This document shows, in pieces, positions 1 through 10,113 of a stretch of DNA of 20,000 nucleotides. The notes under the pieces were generated by a model. The model did no database searches. It had not been told where the DNA came from and saw nothing but the letters and a program-made list of their open reading frames with translations. The position numbers were made by a program, and so were the translations under genes. Source of the DNA: Chrysochromulina tobinii (taxonomy: Eukaryota); the NCBI GenBank assembly GCA_001275005.1, contig JWZX01003325.1, forward strand, positions 58,217 to 78,216. The letters are read 5' to 3'. Positions within the stretch are counted from its first letter, which is position 1. Every line of letters begins with the position of its first letter.

Positions 1-129
1 CAGGGGCGCGCCGGCCGCGCGACGAGCAACGAGTGCACGACGCACGCGAACGAGCACGATGAACGCCACGATGATAAGCACCGACACGCCGACGGTAAAT
101 GCGCCGACGATGGCGATCGCGTCTGACAT
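1..129 (-). CDS. 5' part of a possible membrane-anchored protein (runs off the window)
   Basis: Hand translation from the ATG at 129: MSDAIAIVGAFTVGVSVLIIVAFIVLVRVRRALVARRAAGAPL. A hydrophobic helix of about 22 aa is followed by basic residues, and the frame is open to the window edge. Confidence 0.5.
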   Translation of the reverse strand, partial: MSDAIAIVGAFTVGVSVLIIVAFIVLVRVRRALVARRAAGAPL

Positions 130-469
130 GAAGTTCGTGCACGCAGTCGTACCGGTACTGGTACTGTACCGGTAAAAAGACACCGGGGCGTCGGGAGCCC
201 GGACGCTCACGGTTCGACACACACGGGACACGCGGGCGCGCACAAGTACCCGGTACCGGAACACTGGTGTTGTGCACGCGCAAAATATGCCAAATCGCGC
301 ATTTGTGTTATTGTGTACAAGTCTACCGGGCACACAAGATTGTGCTGTAAAGAGACAAATCAAGCAAGTCAAGGGCTCAAGGCACTAACTACATAAACAA
401 CAGACAACCGAAAGGAAGCCTATCGAATGCGCTCTCGAGGCTAGCAGTGGAGTTAACGACATGTAACGA

Positions 470-597
470 GACTTGACTTGACTTGACGTGACTTGACTTG
501 ACTTGCTTGACTTGACTTGACTTGACTTGACTTGACTTGCTTGACTTGACTTGACTTGACTTGACTTGACTTGCTTGACTTGACTTGACTTGACTTG
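470..597. repeat. (ACTTG)n / (CAAGT)n pentanucleotide satellite with 34-bp higher-order period
   Basis: About 25 ACTTG units; the variant ACTTGCTTG recurs at 501, 535 and 569. Confidence 0.97.
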
Positions 598-686
598 TCG
601 TGAGGTGACCGCTGTGTGCGACGCGGCGCGTTCGTCGATCGCGGCACTGGGCTCGATTCACAGGACGCCTTTAGCTTGCAGGCAAC

Positions 687-2783
687 ATGCTGGTACTGAC
701 CCTCTACGCGCAGCTCGCGCTGCTAAACTTGACTTCCTTGATCGGCATAGATGTTAATCTCGACCTGAGCAGCCGGCGGTTACTCGATCTATCGCTAACC
801 ATCCCGCTGGTCGACGCCGCCGCCGCCGCCGACGCCGAAACCGCCGACGCCGACGCAGCAGCCGCCGCAGCCGCCGCAGCCGCCGAAGTCGCCGAAGCCG
901 AAGCTGCCGACCGTGCCGCTGCTGCCGTCCATGCCGCTGAAAGTTTTGAAGCTGAGCCGCTGGTGCCGTCTCCTCCACTGGCTCCAAGCCCGCCGCTGCC
1001 TCCACGGGCTCCGAGCCCGCCGCCACCCACGCCGCCGCCTCCGTTCCCGCCGCCCTCGCCCTCTCCTTCGCCTCCGTCGCCCTCTCCGCCGCCTCCTTCG
1101 ATGCCGCCGCCCGCCATCCCGCCATATTGTGGGCGGGGCGTGTGGTCGTACGCGTGCAGCCCCCCGCCGCCCTCGCCGCCCCCGGCGCCAGCGCCGCCAG
1201 CACCGCCCCAATTGCCGGTGGTCACCTTCCACTTCGACGACCCGATTGCGCTGCACCTGAAGGAGCCCGTTGGCTGGCGCAACGTCGGCACGCACCTATG
1301 GCGTCGAGCGGTGACGTCGTTGCACGGTGACGGCAATCGCAAGACGGGCCCAGGCGGCCCCGCTCCCAGCGAGACGGCCACGGGCAGTTATTGGTACTAT
1401 GCGGGTGGGCGAGGGGAGAGGGATTTCGATCTACTTGGCCATCAAACCCGCGCTGACGCCAAGTACATCCTAGAGTACATGGGGAATGAGTGCCACACAG
1501 AGGGGGGGTCGGGCATCATCGGCCACGTGTCATTCTACTACCACATGTGGGTGGCGACCGGCAAGTCGCTCACGGCGAGCTTCATGCCGCGGGTGACGGG
1601 GCATTTCCGCGTGTTCGCCGTCGGAGGGCAGCGAGAGGGTAGCAATGGCGATGACCGGCACCTGCTCTTCTCACGCATGGGCAGTCAGGGCGACGAGTGG
1701 CACCACGTTCGGTTGGAGGTGCAGGCCCGTGCAGTGCAGTTTGAGTACGAGCGGAGTGTGGGACGGGCGGACGTGGCGCTCGCCGAAGTGACAGTCGAGT
1801 GCGCTCACGAGCCGCCCGCGCCGCCGCCGGAGCCGCCCGCGCCGCCGCCGGAGCCGCCCTCGCCGCCCAGGCCGCCTCATCCGCCGCCCTCGCCGCCCAG
1901 GCCGCCGCATCCGCCACGGCCCATGCACCCGCCCCATGCTCCTTTTTACGAGCCGCCGCCGCGGTCGGAATGGGTAAACACGATCCTTATCATCTTGAGC
2001 TTGATCTTCACGATCTTAGCAGGTCGCGACTTCGCCGTGTGTATCGACTACAAGGTGATTACCTTCTTGAGTGCCTCGAATCGCCTCCGACTGCCGCTCA
2101 TTGCCTCCGACTGCCGCTAACTCCCTCCGACTGCCGCTCATTGCCTCCGATTGCCGCTAATTACCTCCGATTGCCGCTCATTGCCTCCGATTGCCGCTAA
2201 TTACCTCCGATTGCCGCTCATTGCCTCCGATTGCCGCTAATTACCACCGACTTCTCCGTATGTATCGAGTAGAAGGTAATCACTGGCGACGACGATTGTT
2301 CCATCACGATTGCCTTCACGATTGCCGCTGATGGCGTCCGATTGCCTCCCTCATCAGGCTGATCAGTGGTCCGAGGCAGCAGCAAAGCAGGTGCCCGTGG
2401 ACGATGACGAGGACGCCATCGACGAAGAAAAGGCCGCCGCCGATCGAGTGAGAGCTTTGCAAGGCCTTGGCCCGCGTACACCGTCCAGAGGTCACACCAC
2501 GCCGTCGGGGGGCGCCAAGCTTGTCGTGGGTGGCTCTGCGGCGACCACGGGCGCTGCGGCCGCCAAGGCGCGTGCCTCCGCAATCTCAGTGCAGGCGGCG
2601 ATGGACGCGGGGCACTCCGCAACGAACGCGTCGCGCCTAGAGGCGCTCGAGATGATGATTAGGAACCTCATCTCCGAAAAGGACCCCAAACGACGAGACC
2701 CCGCGCTGCTTCGCAGGCTCGTGGCTGAAAAGGGGGCACTACTGGCCTCGTTCACTGAGAACAAGGACACGGAGATGCTGTGA
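687..2783 (+). CDS. Pro-rich single-pass cell-surface protein with MAM-like domain; exons 687-2054 and 2358-2783 (~597 aa)
   Basis: Hydrophobic N-terminus, then Ala-rich and SPPP/PP stalks. MAM-like motifs: FYYHMW, FSRMGSQGDEWHHVRL, VQFE, DVALAEVTVEC. TM helix WVNTILIILSLIFTILAG. Phase-0 splice AAG|GTGATT ... CTCATCAG|GCT joins ORF 687 to ORF 2310. Confidence 0.75.
2055..2357 (+). other. GT-AG intron (303 nt) with tandem repeats and an internal AG|GT at 2275/2276
   Basis: Preserves frame between the two ORFs. Contains 20-nt units TT(G/A)CCTCCGATTGCCGCT(A/C)A at about 2081-2240. Confidence 0.75.
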
Positions 2784-3328
2784 GCATGGTAGCGTTCAGA
2801 TGCGCGTTCGGAGTGATGTAGTCGTTGCATGTTGCTCGTTGGCGCGGGGTCGGGCGGTCCGCGCGCGGTTGCCGATTATTTGCGACAGTCGAGTGTTCGG
2901 TCTTTCGGTGTCCGGATCCAGTGGTCCGTGGCGGTGAGAGGCTCTGCCGGGTCCGGTCGGGTGCCGCCGCGGCGCGTGCGGCGGGCTCGGGCTGCTCCAA
3001 AAGTTACGGCTCTTCGCACTCGGCGCTCGGGCGTCCCCGGTCGGTTGTGATATCCGAGTTCCGTATACAGGTAAACTATAATCAAAATCGAATCGCAGCC
3101 CGCAGCGCGCAGGGCCGCGCGGCGGCCCCGCCCCCGCGCGGGCGCCGCCGCGACACGACTTGTGCACCGGAAATCCGGCGAGACGAAACGTGTGCGTGCA
3201 CCGTACGTCCGGTGGTGCGTTTTATCTCGAGGTCTGAGGAGCGGAGCCGGCCTGGGCTTCGAGGTTTATGCAGTTCAGGAATTGACTATCGTACAAATTG
3301 TAACAGCTGCTCTGTCGTGTCGGCGGCT

Positions 3329-4360
3329 TTACGACGAAATAGCTGCTGCTGGCCCTTTGCTCGCCGTTGGTGCCGCGACGCCGCTCCCGCCGCCACCTTC
3401 AACATCAACGGTGCCGCCCTCCTGCTCGCGCACCACGCGCTCGAGGAGCTGCTCGAGGCACTCCTCGATCGCGAAGACACCTTGGCCCGCCTTGCTTGCC
3501 ACGTGCCACTCAGGGTGCTCCGCCGCCGCACGCGACACCGATTGGGACGTCAGCCCTGGCAGGTAGTGCACCGCGCACCGCTCCGCCATCGGCAGGTCGT
3601 TATCATCGTCGAAGAGGCAGCAGGACTCGTCGGCGCGGACGCCGTACACGGCCTGCAGGTACGCGACCGCGTTGCCCTTGCCCGAAGCGGACGGGAAGAA
3701 GTCATACTTGCCAAGGTTCATCGCCCAGGTGATGCCGTGCGGCAGGTGCGCCTCGATGCACGCGCGCAGCGCGGCCTCGACGGCCGTATTGCCCTGAGTG
3801 TCGACGCGGAAGCAGCCATAGTAAGAGCGCGCGTCACACTTCAGCCCGGGCACCTCCGCCTGAAACCTCCGGAAGAGCTGCCACAGCGGCTCCGGACGCT
3901 CGCTCACATCGAGCTCGCGCTCAAGCGGGCCGCTCACCTCCTCGAAGCCCTTGGCCCACGCCTCATCGAGCGCATCCAGGCCGCCGCGGTAGATGCGCGA
4001 TCCTGTCTCGCAAACGTACGCGTCCGAGGGTGGCAGCAGAGGCTCCCGCTCGAAGAGTGTGCTCTTTCGTGCGGCGGTGACGATGACGAAGATGACACCC
4101 CGCGCGCGCAGCTCAGCGATCAGCTCGACGGTGCGCTCGCTCACGAGGCCATCGCCCATGGTGGACGATGGCAGCAGCCGGCACACACGCTGCTCGCCCG
4201 TGGGCGACTCCACGACTGCGCGCTTCGCCTGCTCATCACGACTCACAATCTTGATCCCGTGCTCCTCAAACCACGCCGGAAAATGCACGATGGTGCCGTC
4301 AAGGTCGGAGAAGATGGCGCGCACGCGAGAGGCTGGCCGCTGCAAGTCTGCAGCAGACAT
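3329..4360 (-). CDS. HAD-superfamily hydrolase, subfamily IIB (Cof / sucrose-phosphatase-like)
   Basis: Motif I IFSDLDGT, motif II IVTAARK, motif III SGKGNAV, motif IV LFDDDND. First in-frame ATG at 4360. Confidence 0.88.
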   Translation of the reverse strand: MSAADLQRPASRVRAIFSDLDGTIVHFPAWFEEHGIKIVSRDEQAKRAVVESPTGEQRVCRLLPSSTMGDGLVSERTVELIAELRARGVIFVIVTAARKSTLFEREPLLPPSDAYVCETGSRIYRGGLDALDEAWAKGFEEVSGPLERELDVSERPEPLWQLFRRFQAEVPGLKCDARSYYGCFRVDTQGNTAVEAALRACIEAHLPHGITWAMNLGKYDFFPSASGKGNAVAYLQAVYGVRADESCCLFDDDNDLPMAERCAVHYLPGLTSQSVSRAAAEHPEWHVASKAGQGVFAIEECLEQLLERVVREQEGGTVDVEGGGGSGVAAPTASKGPAAAISS

Positions 4361-4710
4361 GGTGGCGAGAAGCAGAAGCGGCGCGGATGGCGGTGGCGTG
4401 GCTGCCACGAGTGTGGAGAGTCTCCGCTCACACCCTCGTCGTCACGCCCTGGACCCAGGCTCGCGAAACGATTGCCACGACGACGCGTCTCGCCATTGCA
4501 TGCTTGCGAAACATATACTCGCTCCCTCATCTTGAACCCATCCCTAACCCATCCCTGCGGTTATATTGGAAGAGACTACAGTCCCACCGCGCACCGCAGC
4601 ACTACATCTCTACAGTGGTCAGTGACAGTGGTCCGCTTGCGACCCGCGGTGCCGCGGACACGGGTTGTGTACATGCACGCGCGGGCAAGTGGTCACGTGA
4701 TGACGCCTGA

Positions 4711-5997
4711 TCAAATCACCTGCACAAACGCGGCAGTCTGAGGCACGGGAGCCTTCCTCGCGACCAGCGCAGCCAGCATGGCTGCCTCCGCCGCCACCGC
4801 ATCCTCCTCGTCGTCGTCGTCGTCCTCCTCCTCCTCCACCTGAACAGCCGGCGGCCGCCGGAGCGGCTGAGGCGCAGAGGGCTGCACAGAGAGCGACGAT
4901 TGCGGCCAGGACCAAAGGGAAGCGACTGAGGCCCAGAGGGCTGTGGCCTGGGCGGTGCCGAAAGGGTGGGCAGGAGCCTCCTTTGGATCACCCGAAAGGT
5001 GCTGGGCAGCCTGGGTCTCCACCATGGACGTCTCCTCCTCCTTCTCCTCAAGCTCGTCGTCAACATGATCCGCATCTTCGAGCATGACGGAGATCAGCGA
5101 GTGCATGCGCCCGCGCGCGCTGGACTGGGCGCTTGGCACGGCGCTCGGTACCGCGCTCGACACGGCGCTATCCGGGCGGTTCGAGACGGGTGGTGACGCG
5201 ACGATGGGCGTGGCGGATGCCTTCGATCGCGTCTTCGCCGCCTTGCCAAAGAGCTGCCCTTTGGACACCTTGTCAATGAAGGACTTGAACAAGGTCGACT
5301 CCTTCTCCTTCTTGGGGACAGCCTTGGCATTGGAGAGTTCGGAGTGGTTGAGCTTGTGTGTGCGCACGAACTGCATAGCCTGCTGCGCCTCACGCTGCGC
5401 ATCTCGGTGCCTCCGCGCACTCGCGAGGATCTTGCCCGGTGGGGGCGAGAGCTGCGGCGAGAGCGGCGGGGAGAGCGGCGGCGAGCCCATGCAGTTGAGC
5501 GCCGGCATCGTCGGTTTGTCCTGCGACACCGTCGTTGGCGGCGCAAGGCCGTGCAGGAGCACGCGCAGCGCCTCCTTTGTCGCCTTGGATAGGCCCGAGG
5601 AACCGGCCAATGACGCGTTGGGCAACTCATCAAAGGGCTTCGACAGGTCGAAGCCCTCAAAGGCAGGGAGCACTTGGATCACAACGTCACCGCTGGCGCT
5701 TCCCAGCTGGCGTGCGGCATCGTGCGGGTCCTGGACCAGAAAGTTGTTGATGAGCACGATCCGTTCACCCGGGTAGAAGAGGCCTGCCGCCGGCCCGTTG
5801 GTGGGGGGTTCTTGAACAATCGCGCTCTGCTCGAGGATCTGCTGTTCATCGGAAGTGAGCTTCTTCGCGCGGCGATCGACATCCCACTTCGAGAAGAATT
5901 GGATCCCGAGCTTGACGTGACGAGACTCCTTGTGTAGGGTGACGGTGCGCATCATCGACTTCGAGGTGAACTTTGAGCGCTCGGAAGTCGATGCCAT
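4711..5997 (-). CDS. Protein with N-terminal PDZ-like domain and long disordered C-terminus
   Basis: TVTLHKE..KLGIQF ... GPAAGLFYPGERIVLINNFLV..PHDAARQL..ASGDVVIQV fits the PDZ pattern; Ser/Pro-rich and acidic tracts follow. ATG at 5997. Confidence 0.72.
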   Translation of the reverse strand: MASTSERSKFTSKSMMRTVTLHKESRHVKLGIQFFSKWDVDRRAKKLTSDEQQILEQSAIVQEPPTNGPAAGLFYPGERIVLINNFLVQDPHDAARQLGSASGDVVIQVLPAFEGFDLSKPFDELPNASLAGSSGLSKATKEALRVLLHGLAPPTTVSQDKPTMPALNCMGSPPLSPPLSPQLSPPPGKILASARRHRDAQREAQQAMQFVRTHKLNHSELSNAKAVPKKEKESTLFKSFIDKVSKGQLFGKAAKTRSKASATPIVASPPVSNRPDSAVSSAVPSAVPSAQSSARGRMHSLISVMLEDADHVDDELEEKEEETSMVETQAAQHLSGDPKEAPAHPFGTAQATALWASVASLWSWPQSSLSVQPSAPQPLRRPPAVQVEEEEDDDDDEEDAVAAEAAMLAALVARKAPVPQTAAFVQVI

Positions 5998-6278
5998 TTT
6001 GCACAAGGAGTCGGCAAGCTACACTCGCGCACGGTCTCGAGATCTCGCGAAGAGATTCGGGAGTTGAGCGCGGGAGTTGACCCATTGGGTTGAACATTCG
6101 AAAATTGGACAACAACATTACACTGCATCAGCGGAATTCAGTCAGCTCCACTCCCCTCGGTCAACACAAGTACTAAGTAAGTATTCGCTCGCTCGGGCTC
6201 CTTTATAGGTCTGAAACCGCGCACGCCGACCTCTTTTCACACATCACACTGTAGCACACATGGGCGTCTCGCGCGCTC

Positions 6279-8377
6279 TCACATCTCGGGGTCCAGCCAG
6301 GGGCTCTGCTCAGGCAGTTCGAGCAGCCCCTGGCCGCTGATGCCGCCCTGGGTCCACATGGAGGTGAATGTGGCCCCACTCGGTAGCAGCAGCGCCCCTT
6401 TACCTTCCTTGCGGCCGTGTACCCACAGGCCCTCATACTTGGAACCATCCGTCAGATGGAACGTACCCATGCCGTGGCGCTGGTTGTCGCGCCACGAGCC
6501 CTCGTACCTGCTGTTGTTCGCGTACAGCAGGACGCCCTGCCCCTCTGCCCTATCATCGGTCCATTGGCCACGGAACATGTCGCCATTCGCATAATGCAGC
6601 TCGCCGATGCCGTGCTTCTTGCCGCCTACAAATGCGCCGACGTACTTGTCCCCGCTGGGCGAGGTGAGTGTACCCAGGCCATGCACCTGGTCGGCCACCC
6701 ATGTGGCCTCGAGCCGCTCGCCGGTGGAGAGCCGGAGCAGCACGCCGCGTCCCTCCTTGAGATTGTCGACGAACTCTCCATCGTATCGGATCTGACCGTC
6801 GGTATACGAGCCGCGACCGTGCATGCGCCCCTCGATGAACTCGCCCTCGAAGGACGAGCCGTCCGGGTAGACGTACCTGTGGGGAGGTGAGGGCGCCGTG
6901 AGGAGCACTTGCATGCGGGTGAGGGCGCCGTGAGGAGCACTTGCATGCAAGCAGCGCCCACGAGTTCGAGCGCGCCGTCCGGGTTGACGTACCGACCGAA
7001 CCCGTGCATCTTTCCCTGCAACCACTGGCCATCGTACTGCTCGACGCCAGGCGCCGTGACAGGCACGGCGGCGGAGGCGGCCGCGGCGTCGGAGGCAGCG
7101 GTGGCGCCCTCGGCGCCCGGCTCGGCGCCCGGTCGCTCCCACACAAGGACGAGGCCCTTGCCCGAGGCGGCGGCTCGCCGAATGCGCGCTGCGGCGAGCA
7201 AGCCGACGGACGCGCGCACCGCTTGAAAGCCGCGCCGACGGTTGGCGCGCCCGCCGGCTGCGGCGGTTGCTTCAGCGGTGGGGCGTCGTCCTGAGCGCTC
7301 TGCATGAGGAGGGCCCGTTGCGGCCTGAGCGTCGTCCTGAGCATCGTCGGCAGCGTCGTCCTGAGCGTCGCCCTTGGCCGCGGTCGCGGCCTCACCGTGC
7401 TCCTCCGCCTTCGCCGCCACCTCAGCCTCCTTCTCCGCCGCCACCGCCGCCTCCTCCGGCGCTCGCACGCTCCAGCGGAGCACAGCGCCCGCGGCGGCGG
7501 CGGCGGCGGCCAAGTCGCCCTCAGATGGCGGTAAGGGGCTCTCGAACGTCTCGAGCGTCTGCACGGTGCCGTCGGCCCACTCGACGGCGAGGGGGGCGTC
7601 GGCGCCGCCTGGCGCGGGTGCGAGCACGCACCGCACGCCGTCGAGCATCGAGAATGACAGCATCTCGCCAAAGCCGTCCGGATCGCGCACATCAATGATC
7701 TCCGTTGCGCGGCCTGTCGCGTGTGGCCAGCGCAGCCGCCATGGGCCAAGCAGTGCCGGCACATACATATCTTGCGCATCGAAGCTGCGCGCGACCAGCG
7801 GCGAAGGGGCGGCCGGTGCGGGCGCTGCCGCCGGCGCCGATTCGGGCGCCGGAGCGACTTCGGCCGCCGCCGGCATCGGTGCGGCTCTGGCACCGCCCTT
7901 GCTAGCCAGCGTCGATGACGGCGCAAAGGTGAGCTTTCCCTTGCCGTTGCGCCGGTCGTCCTGCCACTCGCCCTCGTACGTATCGCCGTCGGCGTACGTG
8001 TACACGCCGTACCCATGCATCTTGCCAGAGCGCCACTCGCCCTCATACCGGTCACCGCCTGCGTAGATCAGCGTACCTTGGCCGGTGATCTTTCCGTCGT
8101 GCCACTGCCCTTCGTAGCGGTTCCCGCTGCGGTAAAAAAAGGTCCCGCGGCCGTGCGCAAGGTCATTGACCCACTCGCCCTCGTGGCGTCGGCCATCCGG
8201 ATATGCGAGCACGCCGTGGCCCTGCCTCTTGCCGTAGTTGAACTGACCCTCATAGATTTTGTCACCGGCGAACGTGGCCTTGCCCTGACCGTGCATCGAG
8301 CCGTCCTCGAGGCCACCCGAGTACGTGAGCGTCACCTCGAGACCGTCGCTCTCCTCATCGGCATCGGCTAGCGGCAT
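6279..8377 (-). CDS. MORN-repeat protein; exons 8377-6993 and 6876-6279 (~660 aa)
   Basis: Many YEGxWxxGxxHGxG repeats in two blocks. A phase-2 splice (CG|GTACGT ... CCCCACAG|G) joins ORF 6626..8590 to ORF 6279..7142 and restores the repeat MHGFGRYVYPDGSSFEGEF. Start codon is uncertain. Confidence 0.88.
6877..6992 (-). other. GT-AG intron (116 nt) with duplicated core and junction direct repeat
   Basis: Needed to restore the MORN frame. Contains two copies of GCATGCAAGTGCTCCTCACGGCGCCCTCACC (minus strand). Confidence 0.85.
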
Positions 8378-8602
8378 CCGTCGGGCGAGCGGGTGAGAGC
8401 CCCGACTCCACCGGCTAACCGCCGCCGGCGGCCCTCGATTGCGACGGAAATCAGTGCCGAAGCACGGTTGTCGCGTCGTGTTCAGGTTCATTCGGATTCT
8501 ATTCAGGGAGCTTGGGGGTGCGCGCGAAGTCGCAGAACTCGCGCGCGCGCGCGCGCCGAGCGAGACGGACCTTGCCCAAGCCCTGCGCATTGGCGTCGCA
8601 TC

Positions 8603-10039
8603 ATGCCGGCCTCAGCCTTTCATGACAAGACTTACGGGTCAATTGAGCGCGGCAACGTCCTCGGCGATCGCTCGTCGGTGCGCCAATCCCGCTACTTTCG
8701 GCAGTATGAGTCGGGCAACGCCGTCAAGTCCATCCTGGGCACCGACAACTTGCGATGGGACGTGGATCGCAAAGAGGGCGTCTTTCAGGGACACGCTGTG
8801 TACGATGGAAGCCGGCAAGAGTACGATAACGAGGCGGTGGTGCGAGCTGCTGCCGATCAGCAGGCAGACCGCCAGCCGCAAACCTACGCTCCCGTGCAAC
8901 CGGCTGCCACTCAGCAACCGAGCCGCAAGCAACTGGGCGTTGGGAGCGGCCGCTCGACAATGTCCACGACCGATGACGCGCTCTGGAACGCCGTGGGCTC
9001 GCGCGACCTGGCGGAGGTGCAGCGGCTGCTGCGCCAGGGCGCCAACCCGAATATGATCTGTCCCGATGGCTGGGTCAAGGACGAGTGCCGGCCCAAGGAC
9101 GGTAGCGTGGGCCGCTCCCTTCTGCACCACGCAGCATGGGCCGGCGACCTCAATATCTTCAAGCTGCTGGTCGCACACGGCGCGGACGTGGAGTCGCGGC
9201 GCAACACCGCCTGGCGCCCGCACGGCGGCGTCCGTGGGCGTGGCTCCACGTGCTTGCACCACGCCGTCATGTATAACCGTCGACCCATCGTTGAATACTT
9301 ACTGGATGAGTGCGGGTGCGACCTGAACCAGCCCGGTGAGCAGGGCTACACGCCGCTGCACCTGGCGGCCAAGTTCAACCTGCCGCAGCTCGTGGAGCTG
9401 CTGCTCCTGCGCGGCGCGCGCACCGACATGCTCACCAAGGACGAGAAGACCGCACGCGACCTCGCCGCACCAAAACAGGAGCGATCCCACATGCAAATGG
9501 ATGGGATGCTCGAGCTCTTCGACCGGTACGATGCAGAGGCGCGCAACCGCCCAAGGCTGCTCCCCGGAGCGCCGCTGCCACCCGACCCACGCCTCCCGAC
9601 CCACGCAGCGAACGGGACGATTGCGCGACCAATTTGGCTCACGTCCGAAGCCGCGATGCCGCCCGCGCCAGCGCAGTACACGATGCCGCCGGCCGCACAG
9701 TACATGTCGCCCATGCCACCCATGCCACCCGCGCAGCTCCCCCACACACGCTACGATCGCGACGCCGCGGCGATCGCGATCGGCTTTGTGGCTCGCCAAC
9801 CTGTGCTGAGCCATGAGCGCGGTCGCCTCCCTGCCAGCGCACCGGTGGCGCTTGCGGCGGTCCGACACTCCCCCGCCGCTGTCGCGCCACCTCCAGTGTA
9901 CCTGGGCGGCAGCGGCGGCGGCACGTCGCAGAGGCCCCCAAGCGAGTCTGCTATTCAGTCGGAGATGCGGCCCGACCAGATCTCCGATGCCGCTGCAGCG
10001 GCGACGCGCCGCCGTGCGCAGGGCTCGAGGCCGTGGTAG
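8603..10039 (+). CDS. Ankyrin-repeat protein with Pro/Ala-rich tail (~478 aa)
   Basis: Four ANK repeats: LWNAV..DLAEVQRLLRQGANPN, SLLHHAAWAG..IFKLLVAHGADV, TCLHHAV..IVEYLL, YTPLHLAA..LVELLLLRGA. First ATG at 8603. Confidence 0.9.
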   Translation: MPASAFHDKTYGSIERGNVLGDRSSVRQSRYFRQYESGNAVKSILGTDNLRWDVDRKEGVFQGHAVYDGSRQEYDNEAVVRAAADQQADRQPQTYAPVQPAATQQPSRKQLGVGSGRSTMSTTDDALWNAVGSRDLAEVQRLLRQGANPNMICPDGWVKDECRPKDGSVGRSLLHHAAWAGDLNIFKLLVAHGADVESRRNTAWRPHGGVRGRGSTCLHHAVMYNRRPIVEYLLDECGCDLNQPGEQGYTPLHLAAKFNLPQLVELLLLRGARTDMLTKDEKTARDLAAPKQERSHMQMDGMLELFDRYDAEARNRPRLLPGAPLPPDPRLPTHAANGTIARPIWLTSEAAMPPAPAQYTMPPAAQYMSPMPPMPPAQLPHTRYDRDAAAIAIGFVARQPVLSHERGRLPASAPVALAAVRHSPAAVAPPPVYLGGSGGGTSQRPPSESAIQSEMRPDQISDAAAAATRRRAQGSRPW

Positions 10040-10113
10040 GAAGGTGTGACGCGTCGTCGTGAGCGCGACCGAGGTGTGACGCGCCGTCGTGCGCAGGGCT
10101 CGAGGCCGTGGTA
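10003..10113 (+). repeat. 36-bp direct repeat of the ankyrin gene 3' end
   Basis: 10003-10038 and 10078-10113 match at 35/36 positions. Confidence 0.9.

Noticed and set aside
470..597. ACTTG array as a telomeric repeat
   Set aside because: Internal position and no TTAGGG-like G-rich unit.
389..661. ORFs encoding SSQVKSSQVK repeats
   Set aside because: Translation of the CAAGT satellite; no protein-like content.
2081..2240. Regular repeats resembling a CRISPR array
   Set aside because: No unique spacers, eukaryotic context, lies within an intron.
2825..4741. 638-aa plus-strand ORF
   Set aside because: Antisense shadow of the HAD gene in GC-rich DNA; Arg-rich, non-ATG start, no motifs.
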